From NCBI GenBank assembly GCA_965223545.1, contig OZ245006.1:2752001-2816000 (forward strand): a DNA stretch of 64,000 bases. Direction: 5' to 3'. The notes under the pieces were generated by a model that was not told the origin of the DNA, did no database searches, and saw nothing but the letters and a program-made list of their open reading frames with translations. The translations under genes were made by a program, and so were the position numbers. Source of the stretch: Planctomycetota bacterium (GTDB taxonomy: Bacteria; Planctomycetota; UBA1135; UBA2386). This document shows positions 10,701 to 20,873 of the stretch, in pieces. The first letter of the stretch is position 1; every line of letters begins with the position of its first letter.

Positions 10701-12009
10701 GCGCGGCAGGGCGCGGATCGAGGGCGGCACCGATGCGCTGCTCGGCGGCGGCGACGCTTGGACCCGGTCCACCGTGGACGGCATCCTGAACCTCGAAGAA
10801 GTGCCGCTCGCCACTCTCTTGCGCGGCGCGCAGGGCGTCAGCCAAGCCGACGGCACGGTCACCGGCAAAGCCACGTTCGCCGGTCCCCTGGCGTCGCCGC
10901 GCGCCACCGCGCGCGTGCACCTGCGGGACGGAGTGCTCAAGCTCGCGCAGCTGCCCCGCCTGGACGGCCTCAATGGCACGGTGGAGCTGGAGGAGGACCG
11001 CGCGACGCTGGCCGACGGCCGCGGGCGCGCGGGGGCTGGCGAGTTCCAGCTGACGGCGCGCGCCGCGACGACCGACGGCGCCACGCTGTGGAACACGCAG
11101 GAGCCCCTCGAGCTCGAGGCGAAGCTCACCGGCGAAGACGTGCTCCTGTACCGGGCGCGCGGCGTCAAGGTCCGCGCCAACGCGGCGCTCGAGCTCAAAG
11201 GCCACCTTGAGCAGATGGCGCTGAGCGGCACCGTCGGGATCACCGATGCGGCGCTGGTGCGGCGCATCCCGTTGCTCCCAGACCTGACCGCCCGCGGCGG
11301 CGGAATCGAGGCGAGCAGCGGTTTGCGGCTGCCGGGCATCGGCGCGGTCGGTGAGCGCATCGCCGTCGACGTCGCGGTGCAAACCCTGGAGCCGTTCGAC
11401 GCCGACACCAACGTCCTGCGCGCGCAGCTCGACGCCGCCCTGCGCCTGCGCGGCACTGCGGCCCAGCCGCATCTCGAGGGCACCATCTCCGCGCAACGCG
11501 GCACGCTGGCGTTTCCCGGCACCAAGCTGCGGCTCGACAGCCTGGTGCTCAGCTTCGATGCGGACCGGCCCCAGCTGCCCGGCATCTTGCTGCACGCCAA
11601 CGGCCGACGCCACGGCATCCACGTGCAGATGACGGTCGAGGGCCCCTACGACGAACCCGAAGTCGTGCTGACGTCGGCCCCCGCCGTGCCCCCGCAAGAG
11701 CTGGTCGTGCTGCTGACGACCGGCGCCCTGCCGTCGACGCTGCGCAACCTCGGGCCGCAGGGGCAAGCCACGCTGCTCGGGTCGTTCTTGGCGGAGGAGA
11801 TCTTCTACACCTACTTCGGCAGCGACAGCACCGAGGACACCCAACGGCTGCTGGACCGGTTCCACATCGAGTCGGGGCGAGAGGTGAGCTCACGTGGCGA
11901 GGAGAGCCTGCTGTTCGAGTTCGACCTCGACGAACGACTGGCGCTGCAAGCCGAGCGCGACGTCTACGAGGACTTCAACATGGGTGTGGTCTACCGCATC
12001 CGATTCTGA
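7756..12009 (+). CDS. tamB: Translocation and assembly module TamB-like protein
   Basis: 1417 aa; N-terminal TM helix, beta-taco-type repeats, C-terminal LRGTAAQPHLEG...EGPYDEPEVVLTSAPAVP...YRIRF; directly upstream of an Omp85 gene. Confidence 0.8.
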   Translation: MSRSRAALCSCARVAPTSNKPRPRWRRATIGALLIALNTVLATYLLRRPLFESWLRTALEQRLGQALDAEVQLGAIEGSWVFDVHLRDLQIRNGGGVLASLEDGHLSARCAPVELATGALAGLRSVELRAASAEIRPGAGPDAPPSQPDVEPIPDLSWLDEIAPHGIRAAVDRLTLRTGDDVHETAALLELQPKPAAERGRTLRLQLGADRLELALGAGVRAGHGELRVADVGRLLPSLGLQTGLRGGQLRATVELGLDPAHIGGELQLRDASHRERRLQRTSITFSASADRIRVPDATVDLPGLRLRATGVELPADDGAVVWRTAAGTASVTVDDLSAYTDLLPAPLHEFLPLRGGAELRLTAGTLDIDQCVLHGRDARLAIRRGTIVLAADARQSSGELAVRLAFDAPRTIPIGADRGCTAQGLIEGTLRGSLDAPRIDADVNLAQLAVAGYALEGVRGRLRHEGSRTSATGVEIDAVRAAGATGDGSRLRGDLAFELMADGWRIETSELRGVLTPAILEGELREEWAHRLAAAPFAVRGWFRQRHDEWPELDAALALPNLHIAPHPPIALETAAIIDARGTLQLRALRARGGVHLDARGTVPLASDGLVDVHAAAHDLDLSSALAAAGLTVALEGRCDASVRLRGPRTAPTLQATVHGILQPPSDTALAAPVPNGPVDVELLVDGVPGVGFDENGLRLGTPQCAAIVRATGGDGAGAALCDARLDLRGDRTSVALTSLRVGPGAATGAATASGPWTALLQPEGLAPETPLTANLALSELDLGALQHQAWWPAHTAGLTVSGIATGEVMVAGSVGTPRSTFAIAIENGEVRQEDLPPLQSFTAQLRGTPTELEVRDGRATWAGGGLQFGGALRTTDASPLWSWSPAAIAIDGRASWTEGDVAALPAFFDGAWTAAGTATVEATITGTAAAPAVAGRAQIRDGHLAEGASILLDDMQARIVAHPDHIVLEQLTASSDGGALRGRARIEGGTDALLGGGDAWTRSTVDGILNLEEVPLATLLRGAQGVSQADGTVTGKATFAGPLASPRATARVHLRDGVLKLAQLPRLDGLNGTVELEEDRATLADGRGRAGAGEFQLTARAATTDGATLWNTQEPLELEAKLTGEDVLLYRARGVKVRANAALELKGHLEQMALSGTVGITDAALVRRIPLLPDLTARGGGIEASSGLRLPGIGAVGERIAVDVAVQTLEPFDADTNVLRAQLDAALRLRGTAAQPHLEGTISAQRGTLAFPGTKLRLDSLVLSFDADRPQLPGILLHANGRRHGIHVQMTVEGPYDEPEVVLTSAPAVPPQELVVLLTTGALPSTLRNLGPQGQATLLGSFLAEEIFYTYFGSDSTEDTQRLLDRFHIESGREVSSRGEESLLFEFDLDERLALQAERDVYEDFNMGVVYRIRF

Positions 12010-12015
12010 TCCTCC

Positions 12016-14097
12016 GTGGCACCACCAGCGCGAGCACCTTCTCCCGCAAGGGCGACTGCAGCACTGCTGGCGCTCTGCATGGGCGGCTGCAGCCTGTGGA
12101 ACCCGACGTACCAAGCCGACCGGGACCAGGCCGACGCCGCAGGCACCGCCATCGTGGAACTCACGGTGGGGGGCAACGAGGGCATCGGCGTTCCGCGCCT
12201 GCGCCGGGAGATCGAGGACTACCTGATCGACGTGTCGCGCGATCCACAACGCGAGGGTGCCGTGTTCGACGCGGCCGAGGATCTGCGCGAGCTGTATCGG
12301 GCATCCGGCTACCCCGAGGCGCGCGTCGACTACGCGCTGACTCAGGTCGGGGATGGCGATCCACCCCGAGTGCGCGTCGCCTTCTCCATCGAGGAAGGTC
12401 CGCTGGTCGTGATCGACGAACCCACGATCAGCGGCAACCAGCACTTCGACGACGAGACGCTGCGCCGGCTCTGGTCCCGCCAACAATCCGGTCTGCTCGG
12501 CCTCGGCGACGCCATCTTCGTCGCCGCGGAGTTCGACACCCTGGCGGCGGACATCCAGGCTCTGTACCAGGAGAACGGCTTTCTGCTCGCCGCGGCGACC
12601 GCCGCGACCGACCACGCGACCGGGACCTCGCGCGCGTCGGCACACCTGACGATCGACGAGGGCCCGCGGTTCGAGTTCGCGACCGTCGAGCTGGATCCCC
12701 CGTTGCGCGCCGCCCTGGAAGGCGTGGCGCCCCGACCGCCGACCGGCTGGTTCTCGGCGACCCGGCTGCAGGACTACAGCCTCGCGCTCCGCGCGACGCT
12801 CCGCCGCCGCGGCCACCCCAAGCCGGCGATGCGGGTGGCGTCGACGATCGACGCCGAGCGCCGCCAAGTCCGGGTCGCCATCACCGGCGAGCCCGGCCGC
12901 CGGGCGGCGATCGGCGAGATCGAGATCGAGGGCAACGAAAAGACCAGCGAAGCGCTGATCCGCAACCGCCTCGCGCTGTCGGTCGGCGACCGGTACGACG
13001 GCGACCGCGAAGACGCCGGCCTGCGCCGCCTGTATCTGACCGGCCTGTTCACCAAGGTGCGCATTCGCCACGACTGGCTCGACGGGGACCGCATCCGGGT
13101 GACGGTCGAAGTGGAAGAGGACCGCTCGCGCGCCCTCGAGGCGATGGTCGGTTACGGCAGCTACGAGCGCCTGCGCGCCGGCCTGCGCTACGACGAGAAG
13201 AACCTGCTGGGCTCCGGCCTGCAGCTGACCATGCTCGGCCGCATCAGCCAACGCGGCTATCGCACCGGCATTTCGCTGACCAATCCCTACCTGTTCGGCA
13301 CCGAGACCGCGTTGACGGTCGGCAGCGAGTTCTTCGAGCGGCAGGAACCATCGTTTCGCGACCGCGCGGTGGGCAGCACGGTGTCGCTGTCGCGCAGGCT
13401 GCTGTCGCGCACGACTGGTCGGATCGGCTACTCGTTCCGCGACCATGCCGATGCCCTGGCGCAGGTCGTCGACCCCGGCAGCCGGTTCGTCGACTACGTC
13501 GAGGGCAGGGTGTTCGCCGAGCTCAAGAACGACCACCGCGACAACATCCTCTTCCCGAAATCGGGCCACGAGCAGTTCGTGCTGTTCGAGGTGATGGACG
13601 ACACCCTCGGCGCCGACGTCTCGTTCCAGCGGCTGCGCCTGGGCGCGACCGCGCACCTGCCGCTCTCGGAGAACCTGAGGCTGGTGCTGCGCACCGAGCA
13701 GGGCTGGCTGTGGCCCGGCGACACCTCCGCCGAGATCCCGCTGCAGGAGCGCTTCTTCAATGGCGGCGAGAGCACGGTTCGGTCGTTCCGCGAGTCACGT
13801 CTCGGACCGACCGACGCGCTCGGCGCGCCGATCGGCGGCGAGTTCCGCAACATCCTCAGCTGCGAGCTGCGCGCCCCCGTGTGGAAGACCCTCGAGGGCT
13901 CGCTGTTCGTCGACGCCGGCAACGTCGGCCGCAGTGTGGACGACTACGGCTTCGACGACTTGCGTTACGCGGTCGGTGCCGGCCTGCGCCTGGTGCTTCC
14001 CATCGGTCCGCTGCGCCTCGACCTGGCCCACAACCCCGACCGCGAGCTCGGCGAGAAGGAGTGGGTGACGCACTTCAGCGTCGGCTACCCGTTTTAG
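12016..14097 (+). CDS. tamA: Omp85-family outer-membrane protein (TamA/BamA-like) with POTRA domains
   Basis: Lipobox-like GGC; POTRA repeats (IEGNEKT..LIRNRL); ERFFNGGESTVRSF; FVDAGNV; GAGLRLVLPIGPLRLD; terminal F. Confidence 0.85.
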   Translation: MAPPARAPSPARATAALLALCMGGCSLWNPTYQADRDQADAAGTAIVELTVGGNEGIGVPRLRREIEDYLIDVSRDPQREGAVFDAAEDLRELYRASGYPEARVDYALTQVGDGDPPRVRVAFSIEEGPLVVIDEPTISGNQHFDDETLRRLWSRQQSGLLGLGDAIFVAAEFDTLAADIQALYQENGFLLAAATAATDHATGTSRASAHLTIDEGPRFEFATVELDPPLRAALEGVAPRPPTGWFSATRLQDYSLALRATLRRRGHPKPAMRVASTIDAERRQVRVAITGEPGRRAAIGEIEIEGNEKTSEALIRNRLALSVGDRYDGDREDAGLRRLYLTGLFTKVRIRHDWLDGDRIRVTVEVEEDRSRALEAMVGYGSYERLRAGLRYDEKNLLGSGLQLTMLGRISQRGYRTGISLTNPYLFGTETALTVGSEFFERQEPSFRDRAVGSTVSLSRRLLSRTTGRIGYSFRDHADALAQVVDPGSRFVDYVEGRVFAELKNDHRDNILFPKSGHEQFVLFEVMDDTLGADVSFQRLRLGATAHLPLSENLRLVLRTEQGWLWPGDTSAEIPLQERFFNGGESTVRSFRESRLGPTDALGAPIGGEFRNILSCELRAPVWKTLEGSLFVDAGNVGRSVDDYGFDDLRYAVGAGLRLVLPIGPLRLDLAHNPDRELGEKEWVTHFSVGYPF

Positions 14098-15050
14098 CGG
14101 GCCACCGGCGGAACGCGCACGCGTTCCGTGGTATCACCGATCGTCACAGCGAATGGGAACCCGCGGTTCGACGACGCCGCCCCCCACCGGCCGTTCACGT
14201 CGAGGGCGATGAAGCTGGCGCTCAGGTCGTAGCCCTTGGGGTCGCGCCGCGCCATGTCGTGCAACACCGCTTCGCACGCCTGCTGCGGTGGCGCACCGGC
14301 GCGCATGCGCTCGACGACGGCATAGGACGCACAGTGCCGCATGATGTTCTCTCCCAAACCGGTGGCCCCAGCGGCGCCGACCTCGTTGTCGACGTAGAGC
14401 CCGGCGCCGAGAATCGGCGAGTCGCCGACACGGCCGGGGAGCTTGCCGCCCGCTCCGCTGGTCGAGCAGCCGCCGGCCACGTCTCCGTTCGGGCCCAGGC
14501 CCAGCAGAGTGACGGTGTCGTGACCGGTCAGCGGTGCCGGTGGCTGTGGTTGCCGTTCTCGCCACGCCTGTTTCAGCGCGGCGTGCCCCGAGACATCGAC
14601 CGACTCCAGGCCGTGCTCCAGGGCGAACCACCGCGCGCCCTCACCCACCAGCATCACGTGCTTGCTGTGCTCCATCACGCGGCGCGCCGCGGTGATCGGG
14701 TGCACGATGCCCTCTAGGCCCGCGACGCTACCGGCGCGATGGCCGGGTCCGTACATGATGCAGGCGTCGAGCTGGGTGTAGCCGGCGGCGTTCGGTCGGC
14801 CGGCCAAGCCGACGCTGCCGTCGGGACCGCGGCTCTCGACGTCGCGAATGCCCTGCTCGACGGCATCCAACAGCGACGCGCCGCCACGCATCGCGGCCGC
14901 CGCGGTCTCGGTCGCGAACCTGCCAAAGGGCCATGTGGCGACGAACAACGGCGGTCGCGAGCCGGGCCGGGCGCCGGCGACACAGCCGGCCGCGGCGGTC
15001 ACCGGGACGGCGCCCGCGGCAGCGGACAAGAACGTGCGTCTGTCGATCAT
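14094..15050 (-). CDS. N4-(beta-N-acetylglucosaminyl)-L-asparaginase / isoaspartyl peptidase (Ntn hydrolase) with Tat signal
   Basis: Start MIDRRTFL; LDACIM, HPITAARRVM, HDT|VT autoprocessing site, STSG, PGRVGDSPILGAGLY, GATGLGE. Confidence 0.9.
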   Translation of the reverse strand: MIDRRTFLSAAAGAVPVTAAAGCVAGARPGSRPPLFVATWPFGRFATETAAAAMRGGASLLDAVEQGIRDVESRGPDGSVGLAGRPNAAGYTQLDACIMYGPGHRAGSVAGLEGIVHPITAARRVMEHSKHVMLVGEGARWFALEHGLESVDVSGHAALKQAWRERQPQPPAPLTGHDTVTLLGLGPNGDVAGGCSTSGAGGKLPGRVGDSPILGAGLYVDNEVGAAGATGLGENIMRHCASYAVVERMRAGAPPQQACEAVLHDMARRDPKGYDLSASFIALDVNGRWGAASSNRGFPFAVTIGDTTERVRVPPVAR

Positions 15051-15097
15051 GCTTCTCGCCGAGCATAGCTGCGCCGCCGTACCAGTCACCGTGGCTG

Positions 15098-15517
15098 TCA
15101 CGCACAGCTGTCGCAGACCCCGACCACGCGGATCTCGACATCCCGCTCGCGCAGCGCCCGCGGCGCGACGCGCGCCCCCCGCAGGGCCAGCTCGACTCCC
15201 TCCAGGCACGCGATCGTGCCGCACTCGTCGCAGACGAAGTGCGGATGGGCCGCCTCCCGCTCGAGCACCGCTTCGAAGCGCCAGACGTGGTCGCCGACGT
15301 CGAAACGGCGCGCCAGCCCGACCCGCGCGAGATCGAGCAAGTTGCGATACACGGTGGTCCGGTTCCACGGCCCGCGGGCCAGCGTGGCCGCCATCTCGCC
15401 GTGGCTGACGGGCCCTTCGCTGCGGCGCAGCGCGTCGAGCACCGCGACCCTCGAAGGCGTGGCGCGAAGACCGGCGCCGCGCAGAGCGGCACGCGTGGCG
15501 GGCGCGGACGGGGACAT
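15098..15517 (-). CDS. Fur-family transcriptional regulator
   Basis: LRATPSRVAVL, TTVYRNL, HPHFVCDECG, GVCDSC. Confidence 0.9.
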   Translation of the reverse strand: MSPSAPATRAALRGAGLRATPSRVAVLDALRRSEGPVSHGEMAATLARGPWNRTTVYRNLLDLARVGLARRFDVGDHVWRFEAVLEREAAHPHFVCDECGTIACLEGVELALRGARVAPRALRERDVEIRVVGVCDSCA

Positions 15518-15603
15518 CGCCCGCAGTGTAAGCGCAAACTGCCGATCGCGCCGGGGCGGCGGCGACCGCGATCCGGCGAGCGCGGCCTGCTAACATCCCC
15601 CGC

Positions 15604-17478
15604 ATGGGGCCGCTCTGCCACGACACCGACGCCTTCTTGCCGATGTCCCGCGCCGAGATCGAGGCCCGGGGATGGGACGAGGTCGACGTGGTGTTCGTCA
15701 CCGGCGATGCCTACATCGATCATCCCTCGTTCGCGATGGCGATCCTCGGCCGCACCCTGGAAGCCCACGGCTTCCGCGTCGCGATCCTCGCCCAGCCCGA
15801 CTGGCGCAGCGCAGCACCGTGGCGAGAGCTCGGCCGACCGCGGCTCTTCTACGCCGTCAGCGCCGGCAACATGGACTCGATGATCAACCACTACACCGCC
15901 AACAAGAAGCGGCGCAACGAGGACGCCTATTCGCCCGGCGGTGCGATCGGACGACGGCCTGACCGCGCCACCAACGTGTACGCGCAGCGTTGTCGCGAGG
16001 CATTCGCCGGAGTGCCGGTCATCGCCGGCGGCGTCGAGGCGTCACTGCGGCGGATCGCCCACTACGACTATTGGAGCGATGCGGTGCGGCCCAGCGTGCT
16101 GGTCACGGCCAAGCCCGATTTGCTCGGCTTCGGCATGGGCGAGCGCACCATCGTGGCCATCGCCCAACGGCTACAGGCCGGCGCGCCGGTGCAGGACCTG
16201 CGCGACCTGCGCGGGGTCGCCTATCTGCTCGGACGCACGGAGACCGTGCCACAGCACCGCTTCCACCCCGATGGCGATGTGGACGACGTCGAACTGCCCG
16301 CCTTGGAGCGCGTGCGCACCGACCCACGCGCGTTCGCCGAGATGACGGCGAAGCTGCACCACGAGACCAATCCGCTCAACGGCCGCCGCCTACTGCAGCT
16401 GCACGGCGACCGCACCGTGGTGATCAATCCGCCCGATCTACCGCTCACTGAGGCCGAGCTCGACGCCGCCTACGACCTCGCCTACACGCGGCGGCCGCAC
16501 CCTTCCTACCGAGAACGCATTCCCGCGCACACGATGATCGCCGACTCGGTGACCATCATGCGCGGCTGCTTCGGCGGCTGCACCTTCTGCTCGATCACGA
16601 TGCATCAGGGGCGCGCCATCCAGAGCCGCAGCGAGGGGTCCATCCTGCGCGAGCTGCACGGCATGGCGCGCGATCCCGACTTCAAGGGCACGGTCAGCGA
16701 TCTCGGCGGACCGACCGCCAACATGTACCGGATGCGCTGCACGCGGCCCGAGATCGAGCAGCGCTGCCGTCGGCTGTCGTGCGTGCACCCAACCGTGTGC
16801 AAGCTGCTGGACACCAGCCACGAGCCAACCATTCAGCTGATGCGCAAGGCGCGCGCGGTGCCCGGCATCCGGCGCGTGCACATCGCCTCGGGCATCCGCA
16901 TGGATCTCGCGCGGCGCTCCGATGGCTATCTCGACGAGCTGGTCCGCCACCACGTCGGCGGCCACCTCAAGGTCGCTCCCGAGCACGTCAGCGATCGCGT
17001 CCTCGCCAAGATGAAGAAGCCCGCACAGCACACGTTCGAGGAGTTTGCCGACCGGTTCGAAGCGGCGTCGGCGCGTGCCGGCAAGGAGCAGTACTTGGTG
17101 CCGTACTTCATCGCCAGCCACCCCGGCAGCGAAGTCGAGGACATGATCCAGCTGGCGGAGTTCTTGGCCCAACGGGGATACAAGCCACGGCAGGTGCAGG
17201 ACTTCATTCCCGCACCGATGGACATCGCGACCTGCATGTACCACACCGGGCTGGATCCCCTGACCATGCAGCCGGTGTCGACCGCGCGGCGGCTGCGCGA
17301 CCGCCGCGTGCAGCGCGCGCTGATGCAGTTCTTCCGTCCCGAGAACTACTTCGTGGTCAAGCAGGCGCTGCGCGAGGCGGGCCGCACCGACTTGATCGGC
17401 AATGGCCGCCGTTGCCTGATCCCCGCGAATCCGCCGAAGGCGGCGCGCAGCGCGAAGGACCGCGCATCGATGGACTAG
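15604..17478 (+). CDS. ygiQ: YgiQ-family radical SAM protein
   Basis: [59 protein letters not shown]. Confidence 0.93.
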   Translation: MGPLCHDTDAFLPMSRAEIEARGWDEVDVVFVTGDAYIDHPSFAMAILGRTLEAHGFRVAILAQPDWRSAAPWRELGRPRLFYAVSAGNMDSMINHYTANKKRRNEDAYSPGGAIGRRPDRATNVYAQRCREAFAGVPVIAGGVEASLRRIAHYDYWSDAVRPSVLVTAKPDLLGFGMGERTIVAIAQRLQAGAPVQDLRDLRGVAYLLGRTETVPQHRFHPDGDVDDVELPALERVRTDPRAFAEMTAKLHHETNPLNGRRLLQLHGDRTVVINPPDLPLTEAELDAAYDLAYTRRPHPSYRERIPAHTMIADSVTIMRGCFGGCTFCSITMHQGRAIQSRSEGSILRELHGMARDPDFKGTVSDLGGPTANMYRMRCTRPEIEQRCRRLSCVHPTVCKLLDTSHEPTIQLMRKARAVPGIRRVHIASGIRMDLARRSDGYLDELVRHHVGGHLKVAPEHVSDRVLAKMKKPAQHTFEEFADRFEAASARAGKEQYLVPYFIASHPGSEVEDMIQLAEFLAQRGYKPRQVQDFIPAPMDIATCMYHTGLDPLTMQPVSTARRLRDRRVQRALMQFFRPENYFVVKQALREAGRTDLIGNGRRCLIPANPPKAARSAKDRASMD

Positions 17479-17749
17479 CTCGGCTCTGCGTCTAGCGCAA
17501 CTACCGCTGCGGCTGGGGCGGTTGCCCGCAGCAAGGCCGTGATCCCTCCAAGGATCCCGATCAGAGCGAGAACCCACGCCCCCGTCGCACCGATGCCGAT
17601 CTCGAGACCGTACCGGAAGACGGCCCACGGCACGCCGATGGCGACGCCGGAACCGCAGACCATCGCCGCGATCGTCAGTCCGGTCCTACGACGATGCGGG
17701 GCCACTTCCATGGATGTCGACATGTCAGGTCTCCTATCGAGCAGGGCCA
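17475..17749 (-). CDS. Small membrane protein (two TM helices)
   Basis: Two hydrophobic segments in ORF 17475..17798; start uncertain. Confidence 0.45.
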
Positions 17750-18032
17750 TGCGCGCCCGCGTAGCCAGTATTCCCGGGTCGCCAGTACTCGCAGTCAAGG
17801 CGGGTCATCCGCTGACCGCGCGTGTCGCTTGAATCTGCCCGAAGTACTGTCGATCCCGCCGTCGTCCACGAGCGCCTGTCGCTGCCCAACAGTCGCTGAG
17901 GAACCCCTTTGGCTGCGACGCCGAAGCTCTTCCGTGGCCCCGTCAGCGGCCACCGAGCCCATCGCTTGGGTAGGCGATCGACGGCCGCCACGGGGCCTGG
18001 GCGAACGTCGGAGCGGTCGCTACTCTGGGCGC

Positions 18033-19313
18033 ATGCGAGCGCTCCCAAGGATTCTCATTGCGGGTCTGGCCGTTCCGTTTTGTGCACCGAACCCCGCGGC
18101 TCAGGCGCACGCGGGGCACTACTTTGTTTCGCTCCGGCCCAACCGCATCGGAGTCGTGCACCCTCGGATCCCGGGGCCGGGGGCCTTCGTTCAGCAACTG
18201 CCGCCGGCCTTGAACGGCGTGACATCGTTTCCCTTCTCGCTCGCTGTGCGTGAATCCGACGGGATGTTGTTGGTCGGCACGCGAGCTGTCTCAGGGACGC
18301 AGGTGCGCCTCCATTGGCTTCATCTGCAATCGCTCTCGGTCGTCGAGGCAACATCTGCTGCTCTTGGAGTGGCCAGTCCGACCTTCTTCGGCGCCCGAGT
18401 GACGGACCTCGCAATGCTCCCCGACGGGCGCGCGTTGGCCATGGTCCAGGGCATCCAGGGGTCTCCTCTGGCTATCGTGGATGACGCCGGGACGAGCGTG
18501 AAGGTTCCGCTCGAGAATGCATCGTTTTTCCAAACCAACGGGAACGAGTACGTGGTGACGGACCAGACGGGTTCCATTGCGTTCTTCACCCGCTCGAGCG
18601 ACCTCTACAGCATCCCGCTTCCGGGCGGTGGCACCGCGACGCGAGTCTACCGGTCGACGGGATCGTTGTCGTCACTCGCCAGAGGCCGCAACAACGATCT
18701 CGTCTTTGCGCATACCGGAACGATGTACTCTCTCGACCTGCAGACAGGCATCGCGACCGCGGCTCGACCTGTGCCGGCCTCGTTGTTCTGCCGCGAACGC
18801 GCGACAGATGAGGTCGCGGTCCTGCAGGTCAGCCCGTTCGGTGGCACGTCGACCGTTTCGCACGTCTCCCCGAATGGATCGGTGACGCCACTTACGACAT
18901 TCAATGCCTATGGTGAGGGCATCGCGTGCGCTCCGGCTCCGTCCCTCTATGGATCCGGGACCGGGGGGTACTCGACGTACGGATGGCAGGTCGATCCCAC
19001 GCCGGGAGGTCTGCCGCGCTTGGGCAACGCCCAGTTCGGCGTCCAGAGCCTCGCATCAAGCGGGGGGACAGCGGGTGTCGTCTTTGCCAGTGGCACTCCG
19101 ACTCGGGCGACGGTTGTCGGGTTCGAGCTACTGCTCGGGTTCCCGCAGGTGTTCTTGGGTGCATTGCCGGCGGCCGGACCGTTGCCTCTGCCGATCCCCA
19201 ACGCCATGCCCCTGCTAGGGCAGATTCTGCATCTGCAGAGCTACCACCTGGACGCCGGAGCACCGCAAGGGATCGGAGCGTCGACGGGGCTGCGGGTCAC
19301 GGTGCTTCGCTGA
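18033..19313 (+). CDS. Secreted beta-propeller-like protein with the shared C-terminal domain
   Basis: ATG 18033, signal ending PAA-Q; C-terminus LPRLG...LPLPIPNAMPLLGQILHLQSYHLD. Confidence 0.7.
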   Translation: MRALPRILIAGLAVPFCAPNPAAQAHAGHYFVSLRPNRIGVVHPRIPGPGAFVQQLPPALNGVTSFPFSLAVRESDGMLLVGTRAVSGTQVRLHWLHLQSLSVVEATSAALGVASPTFFGARVTDLAMLPDGRALAMVQGIQGSPLAIVDDAGTSVKVPLENASFFQTNGNEYVVTDQTGSIAFFTRSSDLYSIPLPGGGTATRVYRSTGSLSSLARGRNNDLVFAHTGTMYSLDLQTGIATAARPVPASLFCRERATDEVAVLQVSPFGGTSTVSHVSPNGSVTPLTTFNAYGEGIACAPAPSLYGSGTGGYSTYGWQVDPTPGGLPRLGNAQFGVQSLASSGGTAGVVFASGTPTRATVVGFELLLGFPQVFLGALPAAGPLPLPIPNAMPLLGQILHLQSYHLDAGAPQGIGASTGLRVTVLR

Positions 19314-19471
19314 CTCTCATGAAGCGCTCGAGGGCAGCCTGATCTCGGGCTTCTCCAGAGACAAGGTGACCCTCGCGGCAACGTGATGCCCTCGCCGCCT
19401 CGGCTCGCGCAGCGGCGGACGGCGCCCCAATGGAGTAACTCGACCCCGAGTCGGAGATACACTCGGGCGTC

Positions 19472-20854
19472 ATGCGAATCAGGGGAACCGCCGTCGCCCG
19501 GTCCTGCCAGTCCCGGCTTGGGCAGATGGCGGCACTCTCGCTGCTCTGGGCCGCAGTCGCCGGCGCCGCAACCGGCCAACCGGCCAACCCCCCGCCACTC
19601 CTGTCCGCCGAGGGCGAAGCCGACGGCAACGCCCTCGGTGCCGCGCTCGCGATCGCGGGCGACGTCGACCGCGATGGCACGCCGGACATCATCACCGGAT
19701 CGCCGCGGGATGATGGCGTGGTGACGGATTCGGGCAGCGCCTGGCTGTACTCGGGCGCCAGTGGCGGCGTCCTGCAGCTGCTGCGGGGCGCCAGCAGCGG
19801 TGACCAGTTCGGCTTCGCGGTCGCCGCCGCCGGCGACGTCGACGCCGACGGCTATGCCGACGTCATCGTCGGCGCGCCGCACGAGGCCAACCGCGACGAC
19901 CGGCACGAGCATCTGCGGGCCGGCTGCGCACACGTGATCTCGGGTCGTGACGGCAAGCGGCTGTGGGCGCTGCGCGGCCCCTCGGAGGGCGCCGCCCTCG
20001 GCTGGTCGGTGCAGGGCGTCGGTGACGTCGACCGCGACGGCCACGCCGACGTCGCCGCCGGAGCACCGTTCTACTTCGTCAAAGATGCGCCCGACATCGG
20101 CCTGGTCCGCATCTACTCCGGCAAGACCGGCGAGGTCTTGCACGAGCTGCTCGGCGTGCGCGGGGGTGACCGGTTCGGCTGGTCGCTGGCATCGGTCGCC
20201 GACCGCACCGGGGACCGCGTGCCCGAGCTGCTGATCGGCGCCGAAGGCAGCTCCAACGACCAGGGACAGGCCGGCGCGGCGTACGTGTTCGATCCACGCC
20301 GTGGCCGGCGCATCCGCGAATTGCGCAGCGGCCAGACGAACGACTACCACGGCACGTCGGTGGCCAACGCCGGCGACATCGACGACGACGGCAAGGAGGA
20401 CTGGTTGGTCGGCGCGTGGAACGGCCGCGACCCCGACGCGCGGGCCACCGGCATGGCGATGGTCTTCTCCGGCCGCAGCGGCAAGCCGCTGCACCGCGTG
20501 TTCGGCGACGCGGAGCACGACCGGTTCGGCGCCTCGGTCACCGGCTTGGGCGACATCGACGGCGACGGCCACGCCGACTTCGCGGTCGGCGCACCGCAGG
20601 AGCAGGAGGCGGGCCGCGGCTACGTCCGAATCTTCTCGGGAGCGAAAGCGCTGCCGCTCTCCACGCTGCACGGCGAGGCGATCGGCGACCTGTTCGGCGA
20701 TGCCATCGCCGCCACCGGCCCCTCCGGCGAGAGCCCGCGCGGACTGCTCGTCGGCAGCCCGGGGCGCCGCGGCCGCGGCGGATGGATGGTCTATCCAGTG
20801 GGCGCCACCGCGACCGACACAGACGAAGCTGGCCGAGGCCATCCGTCGCGTTGA
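19472..20854 (+). CDS. FG-GAP repeat (integrin-alpha-like) secreted protein
   Basis: Repeated FG.AVA.AGDVD.DG.AD..VGAP motifs. Confidence 0.9.
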   Translation: MRIRGTAVARSCQSRLGQMAALSLLWAAVAGAATGQPANPPPLLSAEGEADGNALGAALAIAGDVDRDGTPDIITGSPRDDGVVTDSGSAWLYSGASGGVLQLLRGASSGDQFGFAVAAAGDVDADGYADVIVGAPHEANRDDRHEHLRAGCAHVISGRDGKRLWALRGPSEGAALGWSVQGVGDVDRDGHADVAAGAPFYFVKDAPDIGLVRIYSGKTGEVLHELLGVRGGDRFGWSLASVADRTGDRVPELLIGAEGSSNDQGQAGAAYVFDPRRGRRIRELRSGQTNDYHGTSVANAGDIDDDGKEDWLVGAWNGRDPDARATGMAMVFSGRSGKPLHRVFGDAEHDRFGASVTGLGDIDGDGHADFAVGAPQEQEAGRGYVRIFSGAKALPLSTLHGEAIGDLFGDAIAATGPSGESPRGLLVGSPGRRGRGGWMVYPVGATATDTDEAGRGHPSR

Positions 20855-20873
20855 AGCGCGAAGGTCGGCTCGG

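Noticed and set aside
14094..15701. 535-aa version of the asparaginase ORF
   Set aside because: The N-terminal extension overlaps the Fur gene; the Tat-motif start at 15050 fits the family length
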